Of a stretch of 64,000 bases of DNA, positions 20,113 through 30,563 are shown in pieces (position 1 is the first letter of the stretch; the number at the start of each line of letters is the position of its first letter). A program made the position numbers and the translations under genes. The notes beneath the pieces are model-generated. The model saw nothing but the letters and a program-made list of their open reading frames with translations, had not been told where the DNA came from and ran no database searches. The DNA is from an uncultured delta proteobacterium (GTDB lineage Bacteria; Desulfobacterota; Binatia; UBA9968), in NCBI GenBank assembly GCA_963816145.1, contig CAWFJP010000003.1:800001-864000 (forward strand). The letters run 5' to 3'.

Positions 20113-21094
20113 CTATCGAATCACCCGATCCGCCCGCGCCAGCACATTGGGCGGGATCTTCAGGTCCGATCTGTTTCGCCGCTTTGAGGTTGACGATGAA
20201 CTCGAACTTCTTAGGTTGCTCTACCGGTAGGTCACCGGGCTTGGCGCCTTTTAGAATTTTGGCGACGTATGTGGCAGCGCGGCGGAACAAATCGGTGAAG
20301 CTCACGCTGTATGTGATGAGTCCGCCGTCTTCCACCCACTCTGGCGCGTAATATATTGCTGGGAGCCGGTCCTTTACTGCAAGTTCGATAACCCGTGTTC
20401 GATAAGCATTGATAACAGGCCCGCCCAGGAAAAGCACTGCGTCAGCTCGCGCCTTGCTTGCAGCTCTGAAGGCAGTCTCGATATATTTAGGATCATGCAC
20501 GTCAAGATATTGAACCTGCACCCCAAACGCGCCAGATGCCAGCTCAATCTCTTTTAACGATTGCGCGTTGCCCGGTTCCTTTGAACTCCCCACAACGGCC
20601 ACGCGCTTGAACTTAGGAATAATCTCTTTCAAAAGTTCCAATCGTTTTCCGCTCAGCTCCGGCGCTAACGTGGACAATCCAGTGATATTCCCCCCGGGCC
20701 GCGCCAGGCTTGAGATGAATTCATTGCCAACAGGATCGGGATCCTGAGCCATGACAATGGGGATCGTACTGGTTGCTTCCTTGAGGGGACGGGTTGATGC
20801 CGGACCGCCTGTGACAATGACGTCCACCTTGGACTGCACCAGATCGGCCGCGAGCGCTGGAAGTCGATCGAGTTTCCCGCCTGAATCACGCCAGTCAATA
20901 AAAATGTTTTTCCCCTCCACATAGCCAAGTTCTCGCAGACCCTGTCGCAATGCCTCAATCCGAGCGACATTAGCGGACAGGGAGCCGCCTAGATATCCTA
21001 GCCGGGGAACTTTCGCCGGCTGCTGCGCCTGCGCGGCCGCGCTAAGCGCCAAGAGCAAAGCGCTAAGCGTAAGAAGAATGACATTGCTTCTCAT
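20113..21094 (-). pseudogene. ABC_sub_bind substrate-binding protein (MRSNVILL leader) with a +1 frameshift near 20164, about 16 codons before the stop
   Basis: Canonical LKIPPNVLARADRVIR* tail present in the shifted frame, ending at 20113. Confidence 0.8.
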
Positions 21095-21244
21095 ATGTTT
21101 TCTCCAGTTTCGTGAACTTGTCTCTTTCCCCTTTGACTTTGCGGTTTGACCTTGAGTCCAAAACTCGTGGCAAATACGGGCCACCCGTCGCAAATACGAA
21201 AAAACTCCGAGTCGCCTTACCCCTGACCCCTTACCCTTCACGCC

Positions 21245-22228
21245 TTACCGTATTACTTTGTCCGCCCGCACCAGGACGTTCGGTGGAATAGTCAGGTCGA
21301 TCTGCTTGGCAGCTTTTAGATTGAAGATGAGCTCGAACTTAATCGGCTGCTCGACTGGCAAATCAGCGGGCTTTGCTCCTTTCAAAATCTTGTCCACATA
21401 CGTAGCGGCACGCCGGGCCAAATCGTTGGAGTTGGCGTCATAGCTCATAAGTCCGCCGTCCTCGACGTATTCGTTTGTCGGGTAGGTTGCTGGAAGCCGG
21501 TGCTTTGCTGCCAGTCGGACGAACTGTAGCCGCTGGGAATTCAGCACAGGACCGCGCAATACGTAGACTGCCTCAGCGTGTCCGTTGCCGGCGGCTTGAA
21601 ATGCTCTCTCGATATCTTTGGGCCCAAGTATGTCAAGGTATTGAACCTTCAACCCGAGCGCGGTGGCAGCAACCTCAGTCTCTTTATGCGACTGTGCATT
21701 ACCTTGGTTGCTTGAAGTGCCGAAGAGCGCCACGCGGGAAAGCTTAGGCAGTATTTCTTTGAGCAACTCCAGTCTCTTTCCAGATAGGTCGGTCGTCAGC
21801 GAGGATAATCCGGTGATATTCCCTCCCGAGCGCGCAAGACTGGTCACGAAGCCGTTGCCAATGGGGTCGGGATCTTGTGCCATGACAATCGGAATCGTCG
21901 AAGTTGCTTGCTTGGCGGCGCGTGTCGTTGTCGGCCCATGCGATAGGATGATGTCGACCTTGAGGCGCACGATCTCGGCCATGAGCGCAGGCAGCCGATC
22001 GAATTTCCCATCAGCAGATCGATATTCAATGACAATGTTTTTGCCCTCGACGTAACCAAGCTCGCGCAGTCCTTGAAGGAAGGCCTCGTGACGGGATGCA
22101 ATCGCGGAAAGTGGTTGAGCCGTGACGATGCCGATTCGCGGGGTTTTCGTCGCAGGCTGCGCGTGGGCAAACCCGGCAGTAATTACCAAGACCGTTGTCA
22201 GCACACCGAGAACCATTTTCTTAGTCAT
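21245..22228 (-). CDS. ABC_sub_bind substrate-binding protein
   Basis: Family motifs. Confidence 0.9.
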   Translation of the reverse strand: MTKKMVLGVLTTVLVITAGFAHAQPATKTPRIGIVTAQPLSAIASRHEAFLQGLRELGYVEGKNIVIEYRSADGKFDRLPALMAEIVRLKVDIILSHGPTTTRAAKQATSTIPIVMAQDPDPIGNGFVTSLARSGGNITGLSSLTTDLSGKRLELLKEILPKLSRVALFGTSSNQGNAQSHKETEVAATALGLKVQYLDILGPKDIERAFQAAGNGHAEAVYVLRGPVLNSQRLQFVRLAAKHRLPATYPTNEYVEDGGLMSYDANSNDLARRAATYVDKILKGAKPADLPVEQPIKFELIFNLKAAKQIDLTIPPNVLVRADKVIR

Positions 22229-22270
22229 GGTTTTCTCCCCTACTATCGCCTGTTGCCTAATGCCTATCGC

Positions 22271-23254
22271 CTACCTAATCACCCGATCCGCCCGCGCCAA
22301 TACATTGGGCGGGATCGTCAAGCCGATCTGCTTGGCTGCCTTCAAATTGACGTCGAATTCGAACTTCTTGGGTTGCTCTACGGGGAGATCGGCGGGCCTG
22401 GTACCTTTCAAGATTTTGTCCACGTACGTGGCGGCGCGCTGAAAAATATCGGTAAAGCTGGCGCCGTAATACATGAGGCCACCGGCGTCAATATACTCTG
22501 GCTGCGCGTACACCCCGGGCATACGGTTCTTTACCGCGAGGTCGACAATCTGTGTGCGGTGAAGATTGAGCACAGGACTACCGAGCACGACGATCGCGTC
22601 GGCACGCGCCTTGCTCGCGGCTGCAAATCCCGTCTCGATGTCCTTTGGCTTTTGTATGTCCAGGTACTGAATCTGCATTTTGAACGCTGCCGCGGCGAGT
22701 TCGATCTCTTGTAGCGATAGTGACGTGCCTGAACGGGTCGAACGACCGAAGACAGCGACGCGGGATAGTCGGGGAAATATCTCTTTTAGAATCCCGAGTC
22801 GTTTACCGCTTATTTCCGCGGCAGGAGTGGACAATCCGGTAATGTTGCCGCCCGGTCGCGCCAGGCTGGCGACAAAGCCTGCGCCGACAGGGTCATCATC
22901 AAACCCCATGACAATTGGAATCGTCGAAGTTGCTTCCTTGGCGGGACGGGTTGCCGTCGGACCGCCCGATACAATGATGTCGACATCGAGCTGTACGAGT
23001 TCGGTCGCAAGCTGCTTCAAGCGATCTAGGTCGCCATTGGCAAATCGATATTCAACGACAATGTTTTTCCCCTCCACGTAGCCAAGCTCGCGCAGGCCCT
23101 GACGAAACGCTTCGACGCGGGATGCGGCAGAGGTGGCCGAAGAAGCACTTAGGTATCCTATCCGCGGGATTTTCCCTGGCTGCTGCGCCTGGGTAAACGG
23201 AGCAGCCGTATGCAAAATAATTGTCAGTAACCCGAGAACAATTTTCTTGGTCAT
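22271..23254 (-). CDS. ABC_sub_bind substrate-binding protein
   Basis: Family motifs; close paralog of 31601-32585. Confidence 0.9.
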   Translation of the reverse strand: MTKKIVLGLLTIILHTAAPFTQAQQPGKIPRIGYLSASSATSAASRVEAFRQGLRELGYVEGKNIVVEYRFANGDLDRLKQLATELVQLDVDIIVSGGPTATRPAKEATSTIPIVMGFDDDPVGAGFVASLARPGGNITGLSTPAAEISGKRLGILKEIFPRLSRVAVFGRSTRSGTSLSLQEIELAAAAFKMQIQYLDIQKPKDIETGFAAASKARADAIVVLGSPVLNLHRTQIVDLAVKNRMPGVYAQPEYIDAGGLMYYGASFTDIFQRAATYVDKILKGTRPADLPVEQPKKFEFDVNLKAAKQIGLTIPPNVLARADRVIR

Positions 23255-23296
23255 GGTTTCCTCTCTTACTATTGCCTGTTGCCTAATGCCTCTTGC

Positions 23297-24295
23297 CTAC
23301 CTGATCACCCGTTCCGCCCGCACCAACACGTTCGGCGGCACTGTAAGACCGATCTGCTTCGCAGCTTTTAAGTTGACGATAAACTCGAACTTCTTTGGCT
23401 GCTCTACCGGCAAATCTGCGGGTTTGCGGCCTTTCAATATCTTGTCCACGTACGTTGCCGCGCGCCGGTATAGATCGGGACTGCTCACGCCGTAGCTCAT
23501 GAGTCCGCCAGCCTCCACATATTCCAATCTTTCATACATCGCTGGAATCCGGCTCTTTGCCACGAACTCGGCAATGCTTGTTCTGCGCGCCGAAAGGATG
23601 GGGTTGTTGAGAGCCAGAATCCCGTCCGCCCTCCCCTTGCTGCTGGCTGAGATTGCCGTCGCGATACCCTTAGTATCGGTCACGTCTTCGTATTGGACCT
23701 GCACGCCATACGCCCCAGCCGCTAGTTCGGTTTCTTTTAACGCTTGTGCGTTGCCTGGCACGGTCAAATTGCCGAGGACAACCACACGGGCAAGCTTCGG
23801 CACGACCTCTTTGAGAAGCTCGAGTCGTTTTCCGCTCAACTCCGAGGACAGGGTCGATAACCCAGTGATGTTGCCGCCTGGTCGCGCTAAACTGGCAATG
23901 AAACCGTTGCCAACCGGATCGCTATCCTGCGCCATGATAATCGGCATTGCCGCCGCAGCGCCTTTGGCGGCGCGGGTTGCCGGCGAACCGGCGGTGACGA
24001 TGACGTCGACCTTAAGTCGTATTAACTCGGCCGCCAGCGCTGGGAGGCGTGCAAATTGTTCCTCCGCGTAGCGAGATTCGATAACGATGCTTTTCCCCTC
24101 GATGTAACCAAGCTCGCGCAGACCTTGCCGGAAGGCTTCTATGCGGTCCGATAATGCGGCAGGGGTGACGGCTGCGAGAAATCCGATCCGTGGAATCTTT
24201 TTTTGGTCCTGGGCTTGGACGCCAGTAGAAGTTGCCAGGACGACAATGATCAGTAACCAGACAAGAAGCGATTTCATCGTGGAATTGTCTCCCAT
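23297..24295 (-). CDS. ABC_sub_bind substrate-binding protein
   Basis: Family motifs. Confidence 0.9.
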   Translation of the reverse strand: MGDNSTMKSLLVWLLIIVVLATSTGVQAQDQKKIPRIGFLAAVTPAALSDRIEAFRQGLRELGYIEGKSIVIESRYAEEQFARLPALAAELIRLKVDVIVTAGSPATRAAKGAAAAMPIIMAQDSDPVGNGFIASLARPGGNITGLSTLSSELSGKRLELLKEVVPKLARVVVLGNLTVPGNAQALKETELAAGAYGVQVQYEDVTDTKGIATAISASSKGRADGILALNNPILSARRTSIAEFVAKSRIPAMYERLEYVEAGGLMSYGVSSPDLYRRAATYVDKILKGRKPADLPVEQPKKFEFIVNLKAAKQIGLTVPPNVLVRAERVIR

Positions 24296-24326
24296 GATTC
24301 TTCTGACAATTGATCGCTGCCCTCTG

Positions 24327-25313
24327 TCATCGAATCACCCGATCCGCCCGAGCCAGCACATTGGGCGGGATCGTCAAACCGATTTGCTTAGCGGTCTTCA
24401 GATTTACCACGAACTCAAACTTGGTGGGTTGTTCCACCGGCAGTTCAGCGGGCTTGGCGCCCTTGAGAATTTTGTCAACATAGATCGCCGCGCGCCGCAT
24501 ATTGTTATTGAAATCCGGTCCCCAGGACAGGAGTCCGCCCGCCTCGACGTAGGTTCGGTCCGGATAAGAGCTCGGCAAGCGATTTTTGAGCGCCAGAGCG
24601 GCGATCTGCGGCCGCTGATCCGCACTGACCCCGTCGCTGAACAAGAACATACCGCCCACATGCTGCGCGGCCATGGTTTTGAATGCGTTCTCAAAGTCGC
24701 CGGTCTCTCGGAATGGGACGGGGATGAGCGTCACTTTCAAATGGCGCGCCGGCCCTTCCAAGTTCTTCAGGTAGAGTTGGTGAGCGGCATTAGCGCTGTT
24801 AAAGAGCACCGCGACCCGCGACAGCTTGCTCAACGACTCTTTCATCAACTCCAGACGCTTGCCGAAATTTTCCTCGCCGGTGTCCATGCTCAATCCGGTG
24901 ATGTTGCCACCTGGACGCGCCAGGCTGGCGACCAAGCCCGTGCCGATCGGGTCGTTGCCGGCGGTCATGACAATCGGGATAGTTGACGTCGCTTGCTTCG
25001 CTGCCACAATCCCCGGGTTAACTCCGGTGACAATCACATCGACGTTGAGCCGAACGAGATCCGCAGCCAGGCCAGGAAGGCTTTCAGCTTTTCCGTCGGC
25101 GAATCGGTATTCGATTGAGAGGTTCTTGCCCTCTTCATAACCATGTTCGCGCATCCCCTGCTTGAACATATCGAGACGGCTCTGACCCTGCTCCAGCCGT
25201 GTCGGCCACAGATAGCCGATGCGGTAGATTTTGGCCGGTTGCTGCGCGTCGGCGAAGGAAATAGTTGTCAGAATTACAGTTGCCAGTACCCAAACGGATA
25301 ATTTCTTGATCAT
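24327..25313 (-). CDS. ABC_sub_bind substrate-binding protein
   Basis: Family motifs. Confidence 0.9.
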   Translation of the reverse strand: MIKKLSVWVLATVILTTISFADAQQPAKIYRIGYLWPTRLEQGQSRLDMFKQGMREHGYEEGKNLSIEYRFADGKAESLPGLAADLVRLNVDVIVTGVNPGIVAAKQATSTIPIVMTAGNDPIGTGLVASLARPGGNITGLSMDTGEENFGKRLELMKESLSKLSRVAVLFNSANAAHQLYLKNLEGPARHLKVTLIPVPFRETGDFENAFKTMAAQHVGGMFLFSDGVSADQRPQIAALALKNRLPSSYPDRTYVEAGGLLSWGPDFNNNMRRAAIYVDKILKGAKPAELPVEQPTKFEFVVNLKTAKQIGLTIPPNVLARADRVIR

Positions 25314-25363
25314 GATTTTCCCTTCATACGCTCTTGTCTATTGCCTCGTGTCTTTTGCCTTCT

Positions 25364-26344
25364 TCAGCGAATCACCCGATCCGCCCGCGCCAATACATTC
25401 GGCGGAATCGTCAGGCCGATCTGCTTGGCGGCTTTGAGATTTATGACGAAGTCGAACTTCATCGGTTGTTCCACCGGCAGATCCGCGGGTTTGCGGCCTT
25501 TCAAAATTTTATCGACGTAGGTCGCCGCGCGGTGCCAGTGACCGAGGCTGTCCGGCGCATAACTCATGAGGCCTCCCGCATCGACCCATGCAGACGATAT
25601 ATACATCGCTGGCAACTTTTTTTGGGTTGCCAAGTCGATGATCCGTGCTCGGAACGTACCGAACCCTGGAATCGGGGTGGTAGTTAGAGCCTGAGCGCCC
25701 GCGCTTTTTGCTGTATCGAAGGCGCTCTCAAGATCGTCAACGCCTTTGACACCCATCGAATGAAGCCGTAGTCCCAATGATTTGGCCACGGCCTCGGCCT
25801 CGTTGAAACGCCGGCCAGAACCGCTCGCGTTGCTCCACAGAAACGCCACTCGCGTAACTTTAGGAAATGCTTCTTTGAGTAGCTCGAGACGCTTGCCGTT
25901 CAACTCTGGGGCGAGCAGCACCAACCCCGTGACGTTCCCGCCGGGCTTAGCCAAGCTGGACACGATCCCGCCACCGACTGGATCGGAAGCCGTCGCGAAT
26001 ACAATGGGGATTGTTTTGGTCGCATTTTGGGCGGCCCGAATAGCGGGGCCGGAGGTGGTGACAATGACATCGACTTTGCGACGGACCAAATCGTCCGCAA
26101 GTCCAGGGAGAGCATCAAGTACTCCTTGTGCATACCGGTACTCGATAACGATGTTCTTTCCTTCAACGTAGCCCAACTCGCGCAGCCCTTGCCGGAAAGA
26201 ATCAAAATCCCTCGCGTAGCCGCTCTGCATCCCAGGAACCAACAAACCGATCAGCGGCGTTTTCGCAGGCTGCTGTGCCGCGGCGGAACGGCTAAGCGCC
26301 AAGAGCAAAGAGCAAAGGGTAAGGAAGATTAGTTTTATCTTCAT
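25364..26344 (-). CDS. ABC_sub_bind substrate-binding protein
   Basis: Family motifs; MKIK start. Confidence 0.9.
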   Translation of the reverse strand: MKIKLIFLTLCSLLLALSRSAAAQQPAKTPLIGLLVPGMQSGYARDFDSFRQGLRELGYVEGKNIVIEYRYAQGVLDALPGLADDLVRRKVDVIVTTSGPAIRAAQNATKTIPIVFATASDPVGGGIVSSLAKPGGNVTGLVLLAPELNGKRLELLKEAFPKVTRVAFLWSNASGSGRRFNEAEAVAKSLGLRLHSMGVKGVDDLESAFDTAKSAGAQALTTTPIPGFGTFRARIIDLATQKKLPAMYISSAWVDAGGLMSYAPDSLGHWHRAATYVDKILKGRKPADLPVEQPMKFDFVINLKAAKQIGLTIPPNVLARADRVIR

Positions 26345-26384
26345 GGCGTATCCATTAGCTCTCTCCACTCGACACTCGTCCCTC

Positions 26385-27368
26385 TCACTTGATGACTTTG
26401 TCGGCCCGATACAGCACCGACTGCGGGATCGTGATACCGATCTGCTTAGCCGCCTGGAGATTAATGACCAGCTCGAATTTCATCGGCCGCTCCACTGGAA
26501 GGTCAGCGGGCTGGCGCCCCTTTAGGATCTTATCCACATACGTCGCGGCCCGCTTGTGCATATCAGCGTAATTGGGACCATAGGACATCAAGCCGCCGGC
26601 CTCGACCAGTTCCAGGTACGCGTACACACCCGGTAAGTGGTGTTTGACGGCAAACTCCATGATGCGCGTGCGGTTATGCAGAAAGACACGATCCGCCAAC
26701 ACCAGCAGCGCCCTCGGTCGCTGTTTGAGGATCTGCCCGAACGCATGATCGAACTGCTCCTGCGCTGGCACGTCGAGGTACAGTACTTTCATGTGCAACG
26801 CCGCGGCGGCGAGCTCCACCTGTTTCTTTTCGATCACATGAAACGCATTTTTCGAATTCCACATCACGGCGATGTGGGAGAGCTTGGGAATTACTTCCTT
26901 AAGTAACTCGATGCGTTTACCCTCCAGTTCCGGTGAGATCGAAGTCAAACCGGTGATATTCCCGCCGGGCCGGGCCAAGGAAGCGACGATGCCGTTGCCA
27001 ACGGGATCGCCGACGGCGACCATGACGAGAGGGATCGACGTCTTGGCGTTCTGGTACGCCTGGGTGGCGGGTGTGCCGGCAGTAACCACCACATCGACCT
27101 TGAGAGCGATCAACTCGTCGATGAGCGCGGGAAAGCGCTCATAGTTTCCTTCGGCCCAACGATACTCGATCAAGATATTTTTCCCCTCGACGTAGCCGAG
27201 GGCGTGCAACCCCTCGCGAAAAGCGCCGATCAGATTTGCCTCAAGGGCAGCAGTGGAGTTTCCCAAGAAGCCTACCCGAGGAATTCTTTCAATGTGTTGC
27301 GCCTCGGCAAATGAACCAGTAGCCAGAAGGGCAGTAATCAGTAAGCAGACAAGCGTCTTTTGGGTCAT
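26385..27368 (-). CDS. ABC_sub_bind substrate-binding protein
   Basis: Family motifs. Confidence 0.9.
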   Translation of the reverse strand: MTQKTLVCLLITALLATGSFAEAQHIERIPRVGFLGNSTAALEANLIGAFREGLHALGYVEGKNILIEYRWAEGNYERFPALIDELIALKVDVVVTAGTPATQAYQNAKTSIPLVMVAVGDPVGNGIVASLARPGGNITGLTSISPELEGKRIELLKEVIPKLSHIAVMWNSKNAFHVIEKKQVELAAAALHMKVLYLDVPAQEQFDHAFGQILKQRPRALLVLADRVFLHNRTRIMEFAVKHHLPGVYAYLELVEAGGLMSYGPNYADMHKRAATYVDKILKGRQPADLPVERPMKFELVINLQAAKQIGITIPQSVLYRADKVIK

Positions 27369-27425
27369 TGGATCGGCTCCTCCTTTGCTGTTGACTGTTT
27401 ACTGCTTATTGTTTGCCGCTCACTG

Positions 27426-28690
27426 TCATCTAATGACTCTATCTGCCCGCGCCAGCACAGTCGGCGGGATCGTCAGACCGATTTGCTTGGCGGTTCTGAG
27501 ATTGACGACCAATTCAAACTTGACGGCTGTTGGACAGGCAGTTCGCCCGGTTTTGTTCCCTTCAAGACCTTGTCCACATAACCCGCAGCGCGCCGGAACA
27601 TGTCGGGAAAACTCGGGCCGTAGGACATCAGCCCACCCGCGCCCGTTACCCAATCGGATTGATTGTTGACTGTGGGTAGCCGATGTTTCACGGCGAGATC
27701 CGACAAACGATTTCTGTGGGCATAGAGAAACGCCGACGGCAATAGGATCATAGCGTCAGCGCGCTGTTTGGCTGCCACTTCGAACGCAGCGGCGAAATCG
27801 GCTGGGCCGCCGACTTTCAGTACCTGCAGGTTGAGTTTTAACGAACGGGCCGCATCCTCGGTAGATTTCAACTGGCCGATGTCATTTGCCGGGTCCACAA
27901 GAGCGGCGACGCGGCTCATTCGCGGCAAGATTTCTTTTAACAGCTCCATCCATTTGCCTGGCAGCTCATCGGCTTGACTGGCAAATCCAGTTAGGTTGCC
28001 TCCGGGCCGCGCGAGACTTTCCACAAGACCAGAGTCCACAGGGTTGACGACAGCGGGCATAACGATCGGGATCGAGCTGGTCGCCTTCTTCGCCGCCAAG
28101 ATCGGGCCCGGACCTGCGGCGACGATGACATCGACGGAAAGCCGAACGAGATCCGCGACCAAATCTGGCAGGCGTTCGTTTTTTCCCTCGGCCCAACGGT
28201 ACTCGAGAGTCATGACCTCCGGCAAAGCCGGAGGCTTGGCGTTTGCTGGCCCCTCAAAGGGGCCCTTTCGCAAACGGCAAAGATAAGATTTTGCGAACAT
28301 CGATTCTGAAATGTCATTTCCTCTGGCTATTGCCGATGACTTCAAAGCGCCTTCGTTGCGAAATGACTTGTTCACGCTATTCGCTGTTTTACCACCTACG
28401 CAAAAGTCAAACTTTGGGTGTCCCCCGGCAAAGCCGGGGGTTTACCAACGATTAATTATGTTTTTCCCCTGGACATATCCGAGATCTTGCAACCCCTGCA
28501 CGAACGCATCCACCAAGGGATCGGGAGGCGATCCTGTGCGCAAAATACCGACGCGCGCAATCTTCGCCGGCTGTGCCCACACAGCCCCATATATTGCAAA
28601 TACGATAATAAAGCTGACAACCCACGCCCTTTTGAGTTTTATACTATCGGACGAAGAATTTAGGAATCGACCTAAACGCGGAGTATTCAT
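27426..28690 (-). pseudogene. ABC_sub_bind substrate-binding protein interrupted by a 246-bp insertion and a -1 frameshift near 27523
   Basis: LGYVQGKNI | insertion | TLEYRWAEGK continuity; tail lies in a third frame. Confidence 0.85.
28211..28456. mobile_element. Non-autonomous IS200/IS605-type element (MITE/PATE-like), no transposase
   Basis: Sub-terminal hairpins CCTCCGGCAAAGCCGGAGG and CCCCCGGCAAAGCCGGGGG plus GGCCCCTCAAAGGGGCC; removing it restores the host frame; no target duplication. Confidence 0.8.
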
Positions 28691-28755
28691 GCATTTCTCC
28701 CCAGTCCAAAATCGCAAATCCAAAATCGTTTCGTCTAGGCCCTTACCTTTCACCC

Positions 28756-29736
28756 TTACCGAATCACCCGATCCGCTCTGACCAACACGTTCGGCGGGAT
28801 CGTCAGGCCGATTTGTTTGGCTGCTTTTAAGTTGACGACAAACTCGAACTTCATCGGCTGCTCCACCGGAAGCTCGGCGGGCTTGGCGCCCTTGAGAATT
28901 TTGTCCACGTAAACTGCGAGACGGCGATGCAGATCAGCCAGGTCGGCCCCATAGGACATGAGACCTCCAACGTCGACAAACTCGCGGTCGTCGTACATGG
29001 CGGGGAGTTTGCTCTTTGCCGCAAGCTCGGCGATCCGCTTTCGATTGTTGACGATCAGCGGGTTGCGCAGCACGATGAGAGCGTGGAATTGTGCCGTCGT
29101 TGCCGATTTAAATGCACCTGCGAAATCCGTAACTGCTCGCACCTCCACCGAGTGGAGTTGTAATCCCAATGCGCGGCTTGCCACCTCAACCTCCTTCCAT
29201 TTCACCGCTGCGTCAGGGGCGGTAGGGTTTCGCAGCACGGCTACGACACGAGCCTTGGGAACCGCCTCTTTAAGAATTTCCAGCCGTTTACCAATCAACT
29301 CCGTCGATATCGAGGTCACCCCGGTAATGTTTCCACCCGGCCGCGCCAAGCTGGCGACCAGTCCCGTCGCAACCGGATCGTCCGTGCTGCGCATAACGAT
29401 CGGGATCGTGGTCGTGGCGTCCTTCGCCGCATGCGCCGTCGGCGGACTCATGGCGACGATGACATCGACCTTTAGTCCGACAAGCTCCGCGGCGAGCGCT
29501 GGGAGCCGATCGAGTTTCCCTTCCGCATAGCGGTATTCAAGCGCAACGTTCTTACCCTCGACATATCCTAGTGCGGCCAAACCCTGGCGGAACGCCTTGA
29601 TGTCGGCCGACTCGTCAGGAGATAACGCCATCAGCAAACCCAAGCGCGGCATCTTCACCAGCGGCTGCGCCTTGGCGACAGTGCCAGTCGCCAGAATGAT
29701 TGTTGTCAGTAACCAGAAAACGATTTTTCTCTTCAC
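28756..29736 (-). CDS. ABC_sub_bind substrate-binding protein
   Basis: Family motifs. Confidence 0.9.
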   Translation of the reverse strand: MKRKIVFWLLTTIILATGTVAKAQPLVKMPRLGLLMALSPDESADIKAFRQGLAALGYVEGKNVALEYRYAEGKLDRLPALAAELVGLKVDVIVAMSPPTAHAAKDATTTIPIVMRSTDDPVATGLVASLARPGGNITGVTSISTELIGKRLEILKEAVPKARVVAVLRNPTAPDAAVKWKEVEVASRALGLQLHSVEVRAVTDFAGAFKSATTAQFHALIVLRNPLIVNNRKRIAELAAKSKLPAMYDDREFVDVGGLMSYGADLADLHRRLAVYVDKILKGAKPAELPVEQPMKFEFVVNLKAAKQIGLTIPPNVLVRADRVIR

Positions 29737-29780
29737 CGTTTTCGACCCTTCATTTTGCCTTTTACCTTTTTACTCTTACC

Positions 29781-30060
29781 TTACCGGATGACCCGATCCG
29801 CTCTGACCAACACATTCGGCGGGATCGTCAGGCCGATTTGTTTGGCGGCCTTGAGGTTGATAATCAATCTTCGTCGGATGTTCGACGTAACAATGACTTT
29901 GGAATGCTTCCTGAAACGCCTTGAACCGCGGCCAGAAAGCTGGCCCGGGCACCAACACACCGATGCACGGAATTTTCGGTATCGGCTGCTGCGCTCAGAC
30001 CGGCAATGCATGCGCCAGAACAAGGACCGCTGCTAACCGAATAAGCCTTACCCGCCCCAT
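29781..30060 (-). pseudogene. Internally deleted ABC_sub_bind gene (signal peptide and N-terminus fused to the 3' tail)
   Basis: MGRVRLIRLAAVLVLAHALPV*AQQPIPKIPCIG...CYVE|HPTK...IINLKAAKQIGLTIPPNVLVRADRVIR*; GGAGG RBS. Confidence 0.8.
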
Positions 30061-30131
30061 GAATAGCACTCCTCCAATTTACGAATGGAAATGACGAAGA
30101 GAATACTCGTACCCATTCTTGACGCTTCTAA

Positions 30132-30283
30132 CGCACAAACAATGCCACCAGTTGTACATGCATAATTAACCCTAGTGAGCTGAATTAACAAAGAAAATCT
30201 TATCGTCGATCGGCGCCGCCTAGAAACTCGATCGGGACCAAGAGTAGTCGATTTGCTACTCGGTGTAGCAAAAATGCGACACC
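30132..30283 (-). promoter_or_regulatory. sigma54 promoter (-24/-12) with upstream enhancer-like palindromes, internal copy
   Basis: TGGCATTGTTTGTGCG (GG-N10-GC) at 30147-30132; GAGTAG-N8-CTACTC (30242-30261); GGTGTAGCA-N4-TGCGACACC (30262-30283). Confidence 0.7.
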
Positions 30284-30321
30284 AGACGGGGCTGCGGAAA
30301 GTTGGGATTAAGAAATTATTT

Positions 30322-30479
30322 TCTCGCAAAGGCGCCAAGGCGCAAAGCTTAGGGGGATAAGTGCAAATTCGCTTCAGTCGATAAGCTCGGAATAAACTTC
30401 GTGAGATATTATTTTTGAGCGCCGCGCATTCGTTCCAGATCACGGGCCCTGCCCGTCGCTTTGCGCCTTGGCACCTTTG
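30322..30479. repeat. CGCAAAGGCGCCAAGGCGCAAAG inverted-repeat element with a ~110-bp core
   Basis: Arms at 30322-30347 and 30459-30479; core is a reverse-complement homolog of the core at 32868-32977. Confidence 0.8.
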
Positions 30480-30520
30480 ATGAAAACTGTCGTTAGCTAG
30501 ATCGAAGCTGCTTTGAGCAT
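30480..30520 (-). pseudogene. 5' stub of a further SBP gene truncated by the repeat (MLKAASI*LTTVF)
   Basis: Follows the standard heptamer spacer and GAGGGG RBS; resembles the MxKxxxxWLLTT leaders. Confidence 0.5.
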
Positions 30521-30563
30521 GGTTCCCCTCTTTAACTGTTGCCTGCTGCCTATTGCCTATTGC

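Noticed and set aside
19904-21241. 445-aa extended SBP
   Set aside because: The extensions come from translated spacer repeats and read-through after the frameshift near 20164.
30048-30443. Homologous ORFs 30048-30443 and 32573-32800 as a conserved small protein
   Set aside because: They overlay the duplicated promoter leader; conservation is concentrated in DNA motifs and the ORF starts and lengths disagree.
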